Positions 1 through 11,625 are shown, counted from the first letter of the stretch. The stretch: 64,000 bases of DNA from Chiloscyllium plagiosum (GCF_004010195.1 NC_057751.1:9183611-9247610); one strand, 5' to 3'. The notes: a model not told the origin generated them from the sequence alone. Numbers and translations are program-made.

Positions 1-1020
1 AGAAGTGGACACAGCACCTATCCTTGTGGCACTCCACTTCCAGTCTGAAAAACAACCCTCCACCACGACCCTCTCTCTTCTACCTTTGAGCCAGTTCAGT
101 ATTCAAATGGCTTGTTCTCCCTGTATTCCATGAGATCTAACCTTGCTAACCATTCTCCCATGGGGAACATTGTCGAACGCCTTACTGAAGTCCATATAGA
201 TCACGACTACAGCTCTGCCCTCATCAATCCTTTTTGTTACTTTTGCAAAAAACTCAATCAAGTTTGTGAGACATGATTTCCTACATACAAAGCCATGTTG
301 ACTATCGCTAATCAGTCCTTGCCTTTCCAAACACATGTACATCCTGTCCCTCAGGACTCCCTCCAACAACTTGCCCACTACCAACGCCAGGCTCACTGGT
401 CTATAGTTCCGTGGCTTTTCCTTATCACCTTTCTTAAACAGTGGCACCACGTTAGCCAACCTCCAGTCTTCCAGCACCTCACCTGTGACTATCAATGAGA
501 CAAATATTTCAATAAGAGGCCTAGCAATTATTTCGCTAGCCTCCCACAGAGCTCTAGAGTACACCGGATCAGGTCCTGGGGATTTATCCACTTTATGCAT
601 TTCAAGACACCCAGCACTTCCTCCTCTGTAATATGGACAATTTTTAAGATGTTACCAAGGTAACCACCCTGGATGTATTTCCGGGAATATCCTCCCTCAG
701 TACAGCTGTAATGTTATCCCTCATCAAAAATGCCACTCTCCCTCCTCTTGCCTCCCTTACTATCCTTCCTGTAGCATTTGTATCCTGGAACATTAAGCTG
801 CCAGTCCTGTTCATCCCTGAGCCATGTTTCTGTAATTGCTATGATATCCCAGTCCCATGTTCCTAACCATGCCCTGAGTTCATCTGCTTTCTCTGTTAGG
901 CCCCTTGCATTGTAATAAATGCAGTTTAATTTATCGATCCTACCTTTTTCTATGCTTTGTCCCTGACTGTTTGACTCACTTCTGTTCTCAACTGTACCAC
1001 TCTCAGATTGATCTCTTTCC
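1..1020 (-). mobile_element. CR1 LINE fragment (start of APE endonuclease fused to RT region by internal deletion)
   Basis: ORF 103-600 has CR1 RT motifs (DKSPGPD, WRLANVVPLFKKG, NYRPVSL, QHGF, YMDFSKAFD). 660-935 is the reverse complement of the endonuclease start seen at ~28015-28300. Confidence 0.92.
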
Positions 1021-2405
1021 AGATATTACTAATCTCAAGGCCTTCAGGCAGATCTTTCTCAGGATCTCATTGCCAGAAGTGAACCTGCCACATTGGCTCA
1101 TTCTTACATGGTTCTGGCTAATCAGTGTGTGGGTGAAGGTGAGGATATGATCCACTTTTGTTCAATCAAATCTCTGTTACTAAAGGCCTTAATAAATAAA
1201 GGCCTCAACAAAGAATAATTTTTCAGTTGCCATTCAGCTTCTTTGTGACAGTCAAACAAGGTACATTATCTCAGTAATTTATGGATGACTGGAATGTGCA
1301 GGCCTAATCTCATTCAGGTGAAGACTCTCTCTCACAGTCAAAGGTGTTTTCAATGTGTCCTACTTTTTTTTAACTGTCTCACCATATTTTTTAAACCATT
1401 CAATATTCTTTTGTTGGTTCTGAAGAAGTTGCTTAATTTTTTCCTTCTTTATTTTGTAAATGATTTTATTGAGAAAAAGATTTTGATTTTTTTACAAAAC
1501 TGCAAAATAGTATAACAATCTTATATTATAACAACAGTAACAGTAAACAAACTGCTACTCTACTCCACAACAATTTTAAAAGAAAAAGAAAGAAAACAGA
1601 AAACCATTTGCAAACTACAAATCAATAAATAAATTAAACAAAAAAAAAAATTAAATCAAATTGAACCAAGGCAAATTAAATTAAGTTAGAACACTCAGCG
1701 CAACCCCACCAAAGCTCCCCATCACCAAGAGCATCAGTTGGCATCGCCATTTGTATTCGTAATTCCTCCTCCCAGGGGCCCCCGGCCCACCAGACACAGC
1801 CCTTACAGCTATGCAAAGGCCCTAACCAATATAGCCGACAAGTCTGTGTCTATGTAGTTCAAAAAGGACCGCCACATCCTAGAAAAGAGTTACATTTGTT
1901 ACCATACTTGTAAGGAAGTTCAGGGGGATGTGCTTCACAACTAACCCTTGCCACCCAGAGAGCCCTGGGGGATTCTCCGACACCAAACTGATCAGAATGT
2001 TCTTCCTCGCACAAAATTAAAGAATATTAAACAGTTTCTTCCCATGCGTTTCCAAAGAGGGGAGATTCAGCAAACCCAAGAGGAGGGACACCAGATGTAC
2101 CTTGACCTTGGTTCCCAAGATCCCTTCCAAGACACTCTCTATAGCGCCCCAATATCTACGAAGCTTGTGGCATGACCACAAGCAGTGAGTAAGAGTACCA
2201 ATACCCATTTTACATTTGGAGCACATTAGAGAGGCTGCTGTCTTAAATTTCACAAGCCACTCCAGTGCCAAATAAGTCCTGTGGAGTACCTTCCGGTGCA
2301 TAGCCTGTGTCCTATTGCAGATCAAAATCCTCCTTATGTTCTCCCAAATATCCTCCCATGCCTCTGAAGAAATCTCCACCCCCAATTTCTGACTCCAGAT
2401 CCAGC

Positions 2406-2500
2406 CTTTCCTGAAGAAGGGCTTATGCCCGAAACGTCGATTCTCCTTCTCCTTTGATGCTGCCTGACCTGCTGCGCTTTTCCAGCAACACATTTTTATG
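2406..2500 (+). mobile_element. 95 bp PLE terminal mini-insertion with hammerhead core
   Basis: TSD tccag(a/g)tccagc at 2394-2405 and 2501-2512. Same family as the 3' end of the PLE at 3365-4175. Confidence 0.85.
2411..2438 (+). ncRNA. Minimal hammerhead ribozyme core
   Basis: CUGAAGA-A-GGGC(UUAU)GCCC-GAAACGUC. Confidence 0.75.
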
Positions 2501-4016
2501 TCCAGGTCCAGCACAGCCACTCCACGTCCTTCGAGACATTACCTCCTAATAAATGATAGAGGGTGCTGACTGAGAGAGGACCCATGGACCAAAGTACTCT
2601 CCTCTTCACATCAGACTACATTAACCATTAATGTAGTCTTTTTCTGTATAAAGTCCCGAATCTGAAAATAACAAAAGAGGTCCCTCCTAGGTAGTTCATA
2701 TTTCTGGCTCAGCTGTTCAAAAGACATCAAAACCTCCCCCTCAAATAAGTCTCCCAGACAGGAAACCCCTCGAGGTTCCCAGAGCCTAAAGCCAGGATCC
2801 ATCGATCCTGGCCAGAATCCTGGCATTCCTACTATGGGAGTAAAAGGGGAAGTTTTTCATGAATTCCCCTCACATCATTCTCCATGCTTTAACCGTGTTA
2901 AGGCCAATGGGGTTTCTGCAATGTTCCTTAACAGTCCTCATCTTGTCCATAAACACCAAATTGATGAGGGGGCATTTTGCCTCGGAGGCCTCCATGTCCA
3001 GCAAAATTGACCTCAGGTCCTGGCAAGCCCAATCAGCCACATAGGATAATAGGGAACTTAATTGATATTTCTTAAAATCTGGAAGGTCCACACCCCCCAT
3101 CCCCTGCGGAAGCTACAATTTAGCAAACCTAATAAGAGGCTGCCTATGATGCCAGATAAAAGAACCGAGCCAATTGTTAAGCCTCTGTAGTGCTTGCCTT
3201 GGCAGCATCAAAGGGAGCATTCGCATGGGATATAAAAAAGGAGGAAGAACATTCATTATGACCAGAGCTATTCTACCCAACCAGGATATCAGAAGATCCT
3301 CCCAGCGCTGAAGGTCTTGTCTTATCTTCTCTCGCTACTGTACAAAATTAGCCTTATATAATTGTTCCACCACAGAACACGCCAGATGGCCTCCTTGTTT
3401 AGAGACCGCAATTTCCCTTCCCACGTGCTTAAAGATGCCCTCCAACGCATCTCATCCACATCCTGCACCTCCGTCCTCAGACCCCACCCCTCCAACCGTA
3501 ACAAGGACAGAACGCCCCTGGTGCTCACCTTCCAACCAACCTTCGCATAAACCAAATCAGCCGCCAACATTTCTGCCACCTCCAAAAAGACCCCACCACC
3601 AGGGATATATTTCCCTCCCCACCCCTTTCCGCCTTCCGCAAAAACCGTTCCCTCCGTGACTACATGTCAGGTCCACACCCCCCTACAATGCACCCTCCCA
3701 TCCGGCACCTTCCCCTGCCACCATAGGAATTGCAAAACCTGCGCCCACACCTCCTCCCTCACCTCCATCCAAGGCCCTAAAGGAGCCTTCCACGTCCATC
3801 AAAGTTTTACCTGCACATCCACCAATATCATTTATTGTATCCGTTGCTCCCAATGCGGTCTCCTCTACATTGGGGAGACTGGACGCCTCCTAGCAGAGCG
3901 CTTTAGGGAACATCTCTGGGACATCCACACCAATCAACCACACCGCCCTATGGCCCAATATTTCAACTCCCCCTCCCACTCTGCCGAGGACATGGAGGTC
4001 CTGGGCCTCCTTCACC

Positions 4017-4038
4017 NNNNNNNNNNNNNNNNNNNNNN
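4017..4038. other. Assembly gap (Ns); further gaps at 8917-8949 and 10396-10561
   Basis: Runs of n. Confidence 1.
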
Positions 4039-4094
4039 CACCCCCACCCTCCTCTCACTTATCTCTCCACCCTTCAGGCTCTCTGCCTGTATTC

Positions 4095-4122
4095 CTGATG
4101 AAGGGCTTTTGCCCGAAACGTC
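4095..4122 (+). ncRNA. Minimal hammerhead ribozyme core at PLE 3' end
   Basis: CUGAUGA-A-GGGC(UUUU)GCCC-GAAACGUC. Confidence 0.8.
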
Positions 4123-4301
4123 GATTTTACTGCTGCCTGAACTGCTGTGCTTTTCCAGCACCACTCTAATCTAGACTTATATAATTGATCGAAGGATGAG
4201 GTGATTAAAAATGCCTAAGTACGGGAAACCTCCCTGTGAGCACCTGAAAGGGAATCAGATTCCGCCCCCAAGATCCGGTACTCGAACAAGACCCTCCACA
4301 G

Positions 4302-4639
4302 GCGATTTACACCGGTGACTGAGTCATTGGCAGAAGCCTTCTGGAGGGACCCCAATATAACTACTCTGGAGGTAGGGTCAAGAGGGCATTATATCACCCT
4401 TTATGCAGATGATGTTCTTCTTTTTCTAACTGACCTGACAATATCTGTACCCCAAAGAACCAAAGAAATGAATGACTTGTATTAAATGGGGTACAGATAT
4501 TGTCGGGTTAGTTAGAAAAAGAAGAACGTCATCTGCATAAAGGGTGATATAATGCCCTCCTGACCCTACCTCCAGAGCAGTTATATTGGGGTCCCTCCGG
4601 AAGGCCTCTGCCAATGACTCAATCACCAATGTAAATCGC
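4302..4639. repeat. Inverted duplication (~152 bp arms) inside L1 RT
   Basis: 4302-4453 is the reverse complement of 4487-4639, with ~10 mismatches. Confidence 0.93.
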
Positions 4640-7114
4640 AACAGTGAAAGGGGGCACCGTTGTCGGCTGCCTCTACCAATACTAAAATTGTCAGACCTTA
4701 TACCATTTGTGAGAACTGCTGCCTTAGAGTCACTATATAACACTGCCACTCACCTGGCAAAGACCCCTCCAAGAACAAACCGTTCCAGGGAGACAACAAA
4801 GCCTGGAGTCGACCCTTGCTGACATACCTGAACCATATTCAGTACTCTTCTAATGTCATTAGAAGATCTGCGACCCCCAATAAAACCTGTCTGGTCCTCC
4901 TTTACAATGGAGGGCAAGAACTTGTTCAACCTCAATGCCAGCATCGTCGACAAAATTTTAAAATCCACATTTAATAGCAATATGGGCCTGTAAAAGTACA
5001 ATCCTCTGGGGCTTTCCCTCTCTTGATAAGGGAAATACTTGCTTCGCTCAGAGAGGATGGGAGGCAGTCCTGACTGTACGAATATTTGTACGTATCCAAC
5101 ACCTGCCCAGCCAGCACGTTTATAAACTCCTTATAAAACTTGCTCTGAAATCTATCTGGGCCAGGCACTTTACCGCTCTGGAGCTGCCTCACCGCCTCAT
5201 GTATCTCTTGGATTGTCAGAGGGACATTCAAAAGAGATGCCTGCTCTGACGTTACACTTGGGACGGCCAAGGTCTTAAAAAAGGACTCCATCTTCGCCAA
5301 TCTGTCCTCATAGTCCTCCAACTGGTACAACTCAGAGTAGAATTTCCTGAATGCTGCGTTAATCTTTTTGGAATCGCAAGTGAGAGTACCAGCACACTCT
5401 CTCATAGATTGGGGGCATTCTTTTTTCTGGCCAGATACACTCGATATCTACCCGGTTTATCACCATACTCAAATAATCTCTGTTTCACAAAGGTGATCTC
5501 CCTCTTTGCTGTGTGGGTGGGCGTAGCATTCAGAGCAGCCCTAAGGGCTGTAATCCTCTGCAACTTGGTTACAGATGGTCTGTCTAAGTATGCTGTCTCA
5601 GCTGTCTTCAGCCGGGCCTCACGCATGTGCTGCAGCTCTCCCCTCTGCTGCATCTGGGTCGCTGCATCAGTCTTGGCAGTCTCCCAGAGCATCGAGGATT
5701 ACTGGTTGTACCGAATTAATGTCCCAAAAAGTTTTAAATTCCTGCAAAAAATACTCAGTAAACTTGCTATCCTTCGCGAATCTGTCTCATTACCATTGGC
5801 CTTGACCTCCATGTACACTGCCACATTATCACAAATGGCCATGTTCCCTATTCTACACGACAGCACCAAATTCAAAAAGGCTGATGGAGCAAAAAACATG
5901 TCAATTGAGTGTAGCACTTGTGTGGGTTAGAGAAAAAGGTGAAGTCCCTACCCTCAGGGTGAAGACATCTCCACACATCCACCAACCCCAGCTCCCTGCT
6001 CAGATCCACCAGTTGCCTGCATTGTGGGATATACCTGTGAAACCCCTATGCATCCTCTCTCCCCTGGGGTCCATAAGATGATTAATTGTATGACGTCCCC
6101 CTATAATTGTATGACGTGCCCCAAAGTCCATCAACCTGGAAAGCGCATCCATTAAAAATTTGAGGGGGTGTGCCACGGGCAACATTCAAGATCCCATACT
6201 CTTCTCCATGCATTAAACCTTTAAGGATCGTAAACCGCCCATATTCATCCTTAATTTGGTCTAACAGCTGAAATGGGAGATTCTTCTGGATGAGTATAGC
6301 AATTCCTCTCCTTTTAGAATGAAAGGATAAGAAAAACACCCAGCCAAATCCTCCCTGCTGTAACTTTAAGCACTCCTTATCAGTTAGATGTGTTTCTTGG
6401 AGCAAGGCTACATAGACCCGGTCTTTTCTAAGGCTTGAAAGTATCTCTTTCCTCTTAATCAGTGAATGACCCCCCTTAACGTTGCAGGTGCACCATTTAA
6501 ATGAACTATTAGCCATATCTATCTGAAACAGCACATGACCCCCATCCCCCACCACGCCGAAGGAGGGACACCGCTCATAACGCGCCGAGTGAAAACAGTA
6601 ACCATGTGTGAACTTGAGAATACAACAAAAACTACCAAATCAAAACTTTTAACAACTACTGCTACAATGAACCAACATGTAAAACAAATAAGAAGAGACT
6701 TTCCCCCTTGCCCACAGGGGGCACTCACACGACCCACTCATCCCTTCATGGCTCCTTCTAGCTGAAACTGCACCCCACACCAAGGCAAAACAAAGTTTAA
6801 AAAAGTTACATGCATCTTACAACAAGAAATTTAAGAGTGTGCACCCAGCCCGTCCCATCCATACTTTGACCCTACGCAATCCTGATAAAAAAACACCCCC
6901 CCGTCCTCCCCAAATCTTTCCCCCCCATCTCATATCAAGAATGTGAAATGAAAGTAAATGACAGAAAAACAAAGGATAATGGAAGGGGGTAAAGAAAGAA
7001 GAGAGAAAGAGAAAAAGGGGACCCCCACATATTAAGAGAACAAAACCAAGTAAACCAGGCATACCACAGAGAAAACAAAGTGAACACGATTGTCCATATT
7101 ATTTGAGGAAGCCA

Positions 7115-8841
7115 GTCTATTTTCAGGTGCCCAGGAAGTCCTTTTCCCTTTTCCAATGAGTCAAAATTAAACACGGACCCTCCGTGGCTGAAATGTATTA
7201 CTGCCGGGTATCTTACATAGTATCTTTCCGATAGGAAGACCAGAATTGCACGCAATATTCCAACAGTGACCTAACCAATGTCCTGTACAGCTGCAACGTG
7301 ACCTCACAACTCCTGTACTCAATACTCTGACCAATAAAGGAAGGCATACCAAAGGCCTTCTTCACTATCATATCTACCTGAGGCTCCACTTTCAAGGAGC
7401 TATGAACCTGCACTCCAAGGTCTCTTTGTTCAGCAACACTCCCTAGGACCTTACCATTCAGTATATAAGTCTTGCTAAGATTTGCTTTCCCAAAATGCAG
7501 CATCTCACATTTATCTAAATTAAACTCCATCTGCTACTTCTCAGCCCATTGGCCCATCTGATTAAGATCCTGTTGTAATCTGAGGTTACCTTCTTCGTTG
7601 TTCACTGCACCCCCAAATTTGGAGTTATCTGCAAACTTACTTGTGAAACTTGAAAGAGTTCAGAAAAGATTTACAAGGATGTTGCCAGGGTTTGAGGATT
7701 TGGGCTACAGGGAGAGGTTGAATAGGCTAGGACTGTTTTCCCGGGAGTGTCAGAGGCTGAGGGGTGACCTTATAGAGGTTAATAAAATCATCAGGGGCCT
7801 GGATAGGATAAATAAACAAAGTCTTTTCCCTGGGGTGGGGGTGTCCAGAACTAGAGGGCATAGGTTTAGGGTGAGAGGGGAAAGATATGAGAGAGACCTA
7901 AAAGCAACTTTTTCATGCAGAGGGTGGTACGTGTCTGGAATGAGCTACCATAGGAAGTGGTGGAAGCTAAGTACAATTGCAACATTTAAAAGGCATCTGG
8001 ATGATTATACAAATAGGAAGAGTTTAGAGGGATGTGAGCCAAGTGCTGGCAGGTGGGACAAGATTGGATTGGGATATCTGGTCAGCAGGAACAAGTTGGA
8101 CCAAAGGGTCTGTTTCCATGCTATACATCTCTATGACTCTGTGACTCACTGAATATTCAAGTTCCTCAGCCACCTTACTATCTCATCAAAAGCCTTCCTC
8201 TTGTGGATCGCGGCCACAGAAAAGTCTTGGAAAAACATAATTCTTGATCCTTTGTACAGCAGAGCCTGGGGATCCTTCCCTAATGCTCTAGAAGCTTCCA
8301 ACACCATTTTCTTATCTCTATAGTGCCGGAGTCGCACTGGGACCAGGTGAGCCTGCTCGACCTGCCCTGACTTCCAGTCCATTGCTCCAAAAAAAAACCA
8401 ACTAGCTGACCTTCTTCCTCCAGCTCTGGCAGCCCGATTAAGCAGATGTTCTTCCGACGGCCTTGATTTTTGAGGTCATCGACCTGCTCCACCAAGGCCT
8501 GTACTGGCCTTTCCAGGGCCTGGACCCAGCCCTCTGAAGATTCCACTGCTGTTTCAGAAGTCGCAGTCCACTGCTCCATCTCCACAATGCGTTCCTGAGA
8601 CGCTGGATCTCCTGGTCATGCTTCTGTCGCATGACCGAGATCAGTTCCAGCCTGGTCCGGGCTTCCTACATCGCTGAATCAATCTTCTCTCGGAGTTTCA
8701 TGAATCCCGAGACCAGGCTCTGCTCCACAGAAAGGTCCTCAGGAAGTTCGTGAAGGCCGATGCTGCAGCTGCAGGCATGTTCATAGCTGCAAGGGAGTGC
8801 CCTGCTTGTTGCAATCCTCGCTGTCCTTTTCCCTTGGTCAT
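7115..8841 (-). pseudogene. L1 ORF1 (Transposase_22-like RNA-binding protein), frameshifted and interrupted by a CR1
   Basis: Coiled-coil followed by RRKNICLIGLPE, VRLRHYRDKKMVLEASR, IMFFQDFS and NIQ|YYVRYPA motifs in ORFs 8280-8585, 8146-8382 and 6935-7255. Probable start MTKGKG at 8841. Confidence 0.85.
7222..8147 (+). mobile_element. 5'-truncated CR1 with inverted 5' part, inserted in L1 ORF1
   Basis: 7222-7641 is CR1 RT on the minus strand. 7641-8147 is the CR1 3' end on the plus strand, ending in ctatgactctgtgactc. Confidence 0.92.
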
Positions 8842-9227
8842 CTTGCTTGCTCAATTAAACTGACACACAGCAATTCTGGGGACTAAAACGACTGATTTTT
8901 ACTACAATAGGTAAGANNNNNNNNNNNNNNNNNNNNNNNNNNNNNNNNNGGGAAATGCACCACTCCACCTGGGTTCTGGTGCAGAGCTCAGCACGGCAGA
9001 CCTACTGGATTGCCGGCATTTTGGATCTCTAATTTCTTTCCTTCCTAATTAATTATTTAAATCAGGGGCCTTCAGGTAGCAAAGCATCAAGTGATCTCTG
9101 CATAGCACTGATTTTGCAATTTAAACTCACAATCTTCAAATGTCCAAAAAAGACTTTCAATTGTTTCCTTCAGCAGTCAGGAAATTGGGTTTTCTTGGAT
9201 CATCACAGTAGACATGGGCACCACGGT

Positions 9228-9538
9228 GGGCGGCACGGTGACACAGTGGTTAGCACTGCTGCCTCACAGCGCCAGAGACCCGGGTTCAATTCCCGCCTCA
9301 GGCGACTGACTGTGTGGAGTTTGCACGTTCTCCCCGTGTCTGCATGGGTTTCCTCCGGGTGCTCCGGTTTCCTCCCACAGTCCAAAGATGTGCAGGTCAG
9401 GTGAATTGGCCATGCTAAATTGCCCGTAGTGTTAGGTAAGGGGTAAATGTAGGGGTATGGGTGGGTTGCGCTTCGGCGGGGCGGTGTGTACTTGTTGGGC
9501 CGAAGGGCCTGTTTCCACACTGTAAGTAATCTAATTTA
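9228..9538 (+). mobile_element. HE1-type tRNA-derived V-SINE
   Basis: A box tgacacagtgg, B box ggttcaattcc, V-domain gtggagtttgcacgttctccccgtgtctgc..., CR1-like 3' tail gggccgaagggcctgtttcc and taatc repeats. Confidence 0.92.
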
Positions 9539-10182
9539 ATTCCACATGCAACGTCTGCTGCGGGATACTGACTGAACTAAAAATCAGTACTGCACTCTCT
9601 TCTCTTACTTGTAAAAGAAGGTGAGGGAAGATTGTTTGGAAGTAGGGACATACCATTTGCTGACAATAGGAGAGTGATTAAAGTAGAATTACTTGTTTGA
9701 ACAATGGGTCCTTTTATCTCCATTTTTCCTTTGTGATCTTTGAGATTTGAACAGTCCAAAACACGCCGAGCTTGACTCTCACATGCTCGTGCATCTAAAC
9801 CTGAAGTTATCTAAAATTCAGCAACTTGTATTTTTCTCACTGGAAGTCCAATTCCACCATGCTTATGCTCACTGACTGAGATTTTTAGACAATTAAGCAA
9901 TTCTTTGCACTTTAATTCTGCCCATGCATTCTCAATAATAAATGTTTCACCATCGGAGTCTTCAATTGCCGGGGTCTCAAGGTCTGGAATTGCCTCTATA
10001 CGCCTCTTCACTTCTCTCCTTTGCTTTTCTCCTTTAAAGAATTCTTTGAAACCATTACACCTAACTGGGTTAGGACACTGGGAATCAAGCTGCACTATTC
10101 CAAGAGTCATCACAGAAGTTAAAGATTTTTTGAAAAATACACAGAATTTTCCAATTTAGGGACAGTTTGATAGACAGCACAG

Positions 10183-10740
10183 AGCCGAAAATGTGTTGCT
10201 GGAAAAGTGCAGCAGGTCATGCAGCATCCAAGGAACAGGAGAATCGACGTTTCGGGCATAAACCCTTCTTCAGGAATGAGGAAAGTGTGTCCAGCAGGCT
10301 AAGATAAAAGGTAGGGAGGAGGGACTTAGGGGAGGGGCGTTGGAAATGCGATAGGTGGAAGGAGGTCAAGGTGAGGGTGATAGGCCGGAGTGGGGNNNNN
10401 NNNNNNNNNNNNNNNNNNNNNNNNNNNNNNNNNNNNNNNNNNNNNNNNNNNNNNNNNNNNNNNNNNNNNNNNNNNNNNNNNNNNNNNNNNNNNNNNNNNN
10501 NNNNNNNNNNNNNNNNNNNNNNNNNNNNNNNNNNNNNNNNNNNNNNNNNNNNNNNNNNNNNGATGCAATAAATGATGTGTGTGGAGGTGCAGGTGAATTT
10601 GTGGCAGATATGGAAGTATCCCTTGGGGCCTTGGAGGGAAGTAAGGGGAGAGGTGTGGGCGCAAGTTTTACATTTCTTGCGGTTGCAGGGGAAGGTGCCG
10701 GGATTGGAGGTTGGGTTGGTGGGGGGTGTGGACCTGACGA
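10183..10740 (-). mobile_element. Penelope-like element fragment (gap-containing) with hammerhead core at 10246-10273
   Basis: PGTFPCNRKKCKTCAHTS...FTCTSTHIIYCI; reverse complement of the end reads ctgaagaagggtttatgcccgaaacgtc. Confidence 0.88.
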
Positions 10741-10849
10741 CAGTTGTTAACAGGCAGAAGGTCTTTGTCGTCGATAAATGGTCATGAGTCCACATGTTAC
10801 TTGCTTTCAAACAAGCAGTAAATTAGGACTGCATATTATATGGGTTATA

Positions 10850-11625
10850 CAGTAAAAATGGGTGACTTCAATTTGCATACAGCCTGGGGAAACCAAATTA
10901 GCACTAACGCTGTGATTGATGAATTCTTGATTGTATGTGAGATGGGATTGTGGAGCAAGATGTTGAGGAACCAACTATGGATTGAGTTATTTTGGATTTA
11001 GTTTTGCGTAATGAGGCAGAATCTAATCTAATCTAATCTAATTAATGAATAATCTTGATCTGAACGAGCCTATGGGAATGACAGACCATAATATGATATA
11101 ATTTTGCACAGAGTTTGAATGAAATGCAGTTCATTCATTCTCAAACAACAGTCTTCAATCTGAAATAAGTAAACTCTGAAAGAGTAAGGGCCATTTGGCT
11201 GTGGTAAATTTGGAAAATACACAAGAGAAGACAGGCAATGGCTTGTATTTAAAGAAATACTACCAAGACTACAACTGATATACATTCCTCAGAGGCAAAC
11301 ACCCAAAGCGAAAGACAAATCAACCATAGTTAATGAAAGAAGTTATGGGTTGCAATTGATCAAGGGAAGTGGCTTATGTAGATGCTTGTGGTTAGCCTAT
11401 GGACTAAGAGCAATGTAGAACCCAGCAAGGAAGGACCAAGAAACTGAGTAAAAACAAATATGAATGCAAACTGGTAAGGAACTTAAAGGTACATTATAAA
11501 AGCATTAATAAGTCTGTGAAAAAAGACAAGCTGGGACAAATGTGGACCCATTACAGGTGGGGAATGAAAATTTTGCAATGTAGAAGAAGAAAATGATGGA
11601 GAAACTATAGGTGCAATCTTTTCGG
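10850..11625 (+). mobile_element. Old, highly decayed CR1 endonuclease/linker fragment
   Basis: MGDFNL, EEPT and LDLVLRNE-like remnants; (atcta)n at ~11020-11041. Confidence 0.6.

Larger units (their letters stand above)
3365..4175 (+). mobile_element. 5'-truncated Penelope-like retroelement (GIY-YIG endonuclease)
   Basis: PC...CKTC...FTCTSTNIIYCIRC..C..LYIGETGR.L.ERFREH in ORF 3656-4174. Perfect 12 bp TSD cttatataattg at 3353-3364 and 4176-4187. Confidence 0.92.
1810..6516 (-). pseudogene. L1 ORF2 (APE endonuclease + RT + C-terminal Cys-rich region), disrupted
   Basis: MANSSFKWCTCNVKG...ALLQETHL (endonuclease); GKVPGPD, YRPILLLNVDFKIL, DQTGFI, RQRCPLS, LYADDVLL (RT); GGVDLPDFKKY; CSKC...THCLWSC. 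The 3' end is approximate. Confidence 0.9.
1448..9029 (-). mobile_element. Full-length decayed L1-clade LINE with nested insertions
   Basis: ORF1 and ORF2 fragments are colinear on the minus strand. AATAAA plus an A-rich tail lie at ~1448-1470 (minus). Candidate TSD taattt(c)tttccttc at 1434-1447 and 9030-9044. Confidence 0.88.

Noticed and set aside
9228..9300. tRNA gene (also 19220-19292 and 41295-41367)
   Set aside because: The A/B boxes belong to SINE heads followed by a V-domain and LINE-derived tail, not a stand-alone tRNA.
10355..10750. ORFs spanning poly-X
   Set aside because: Artefacts of the N gap.
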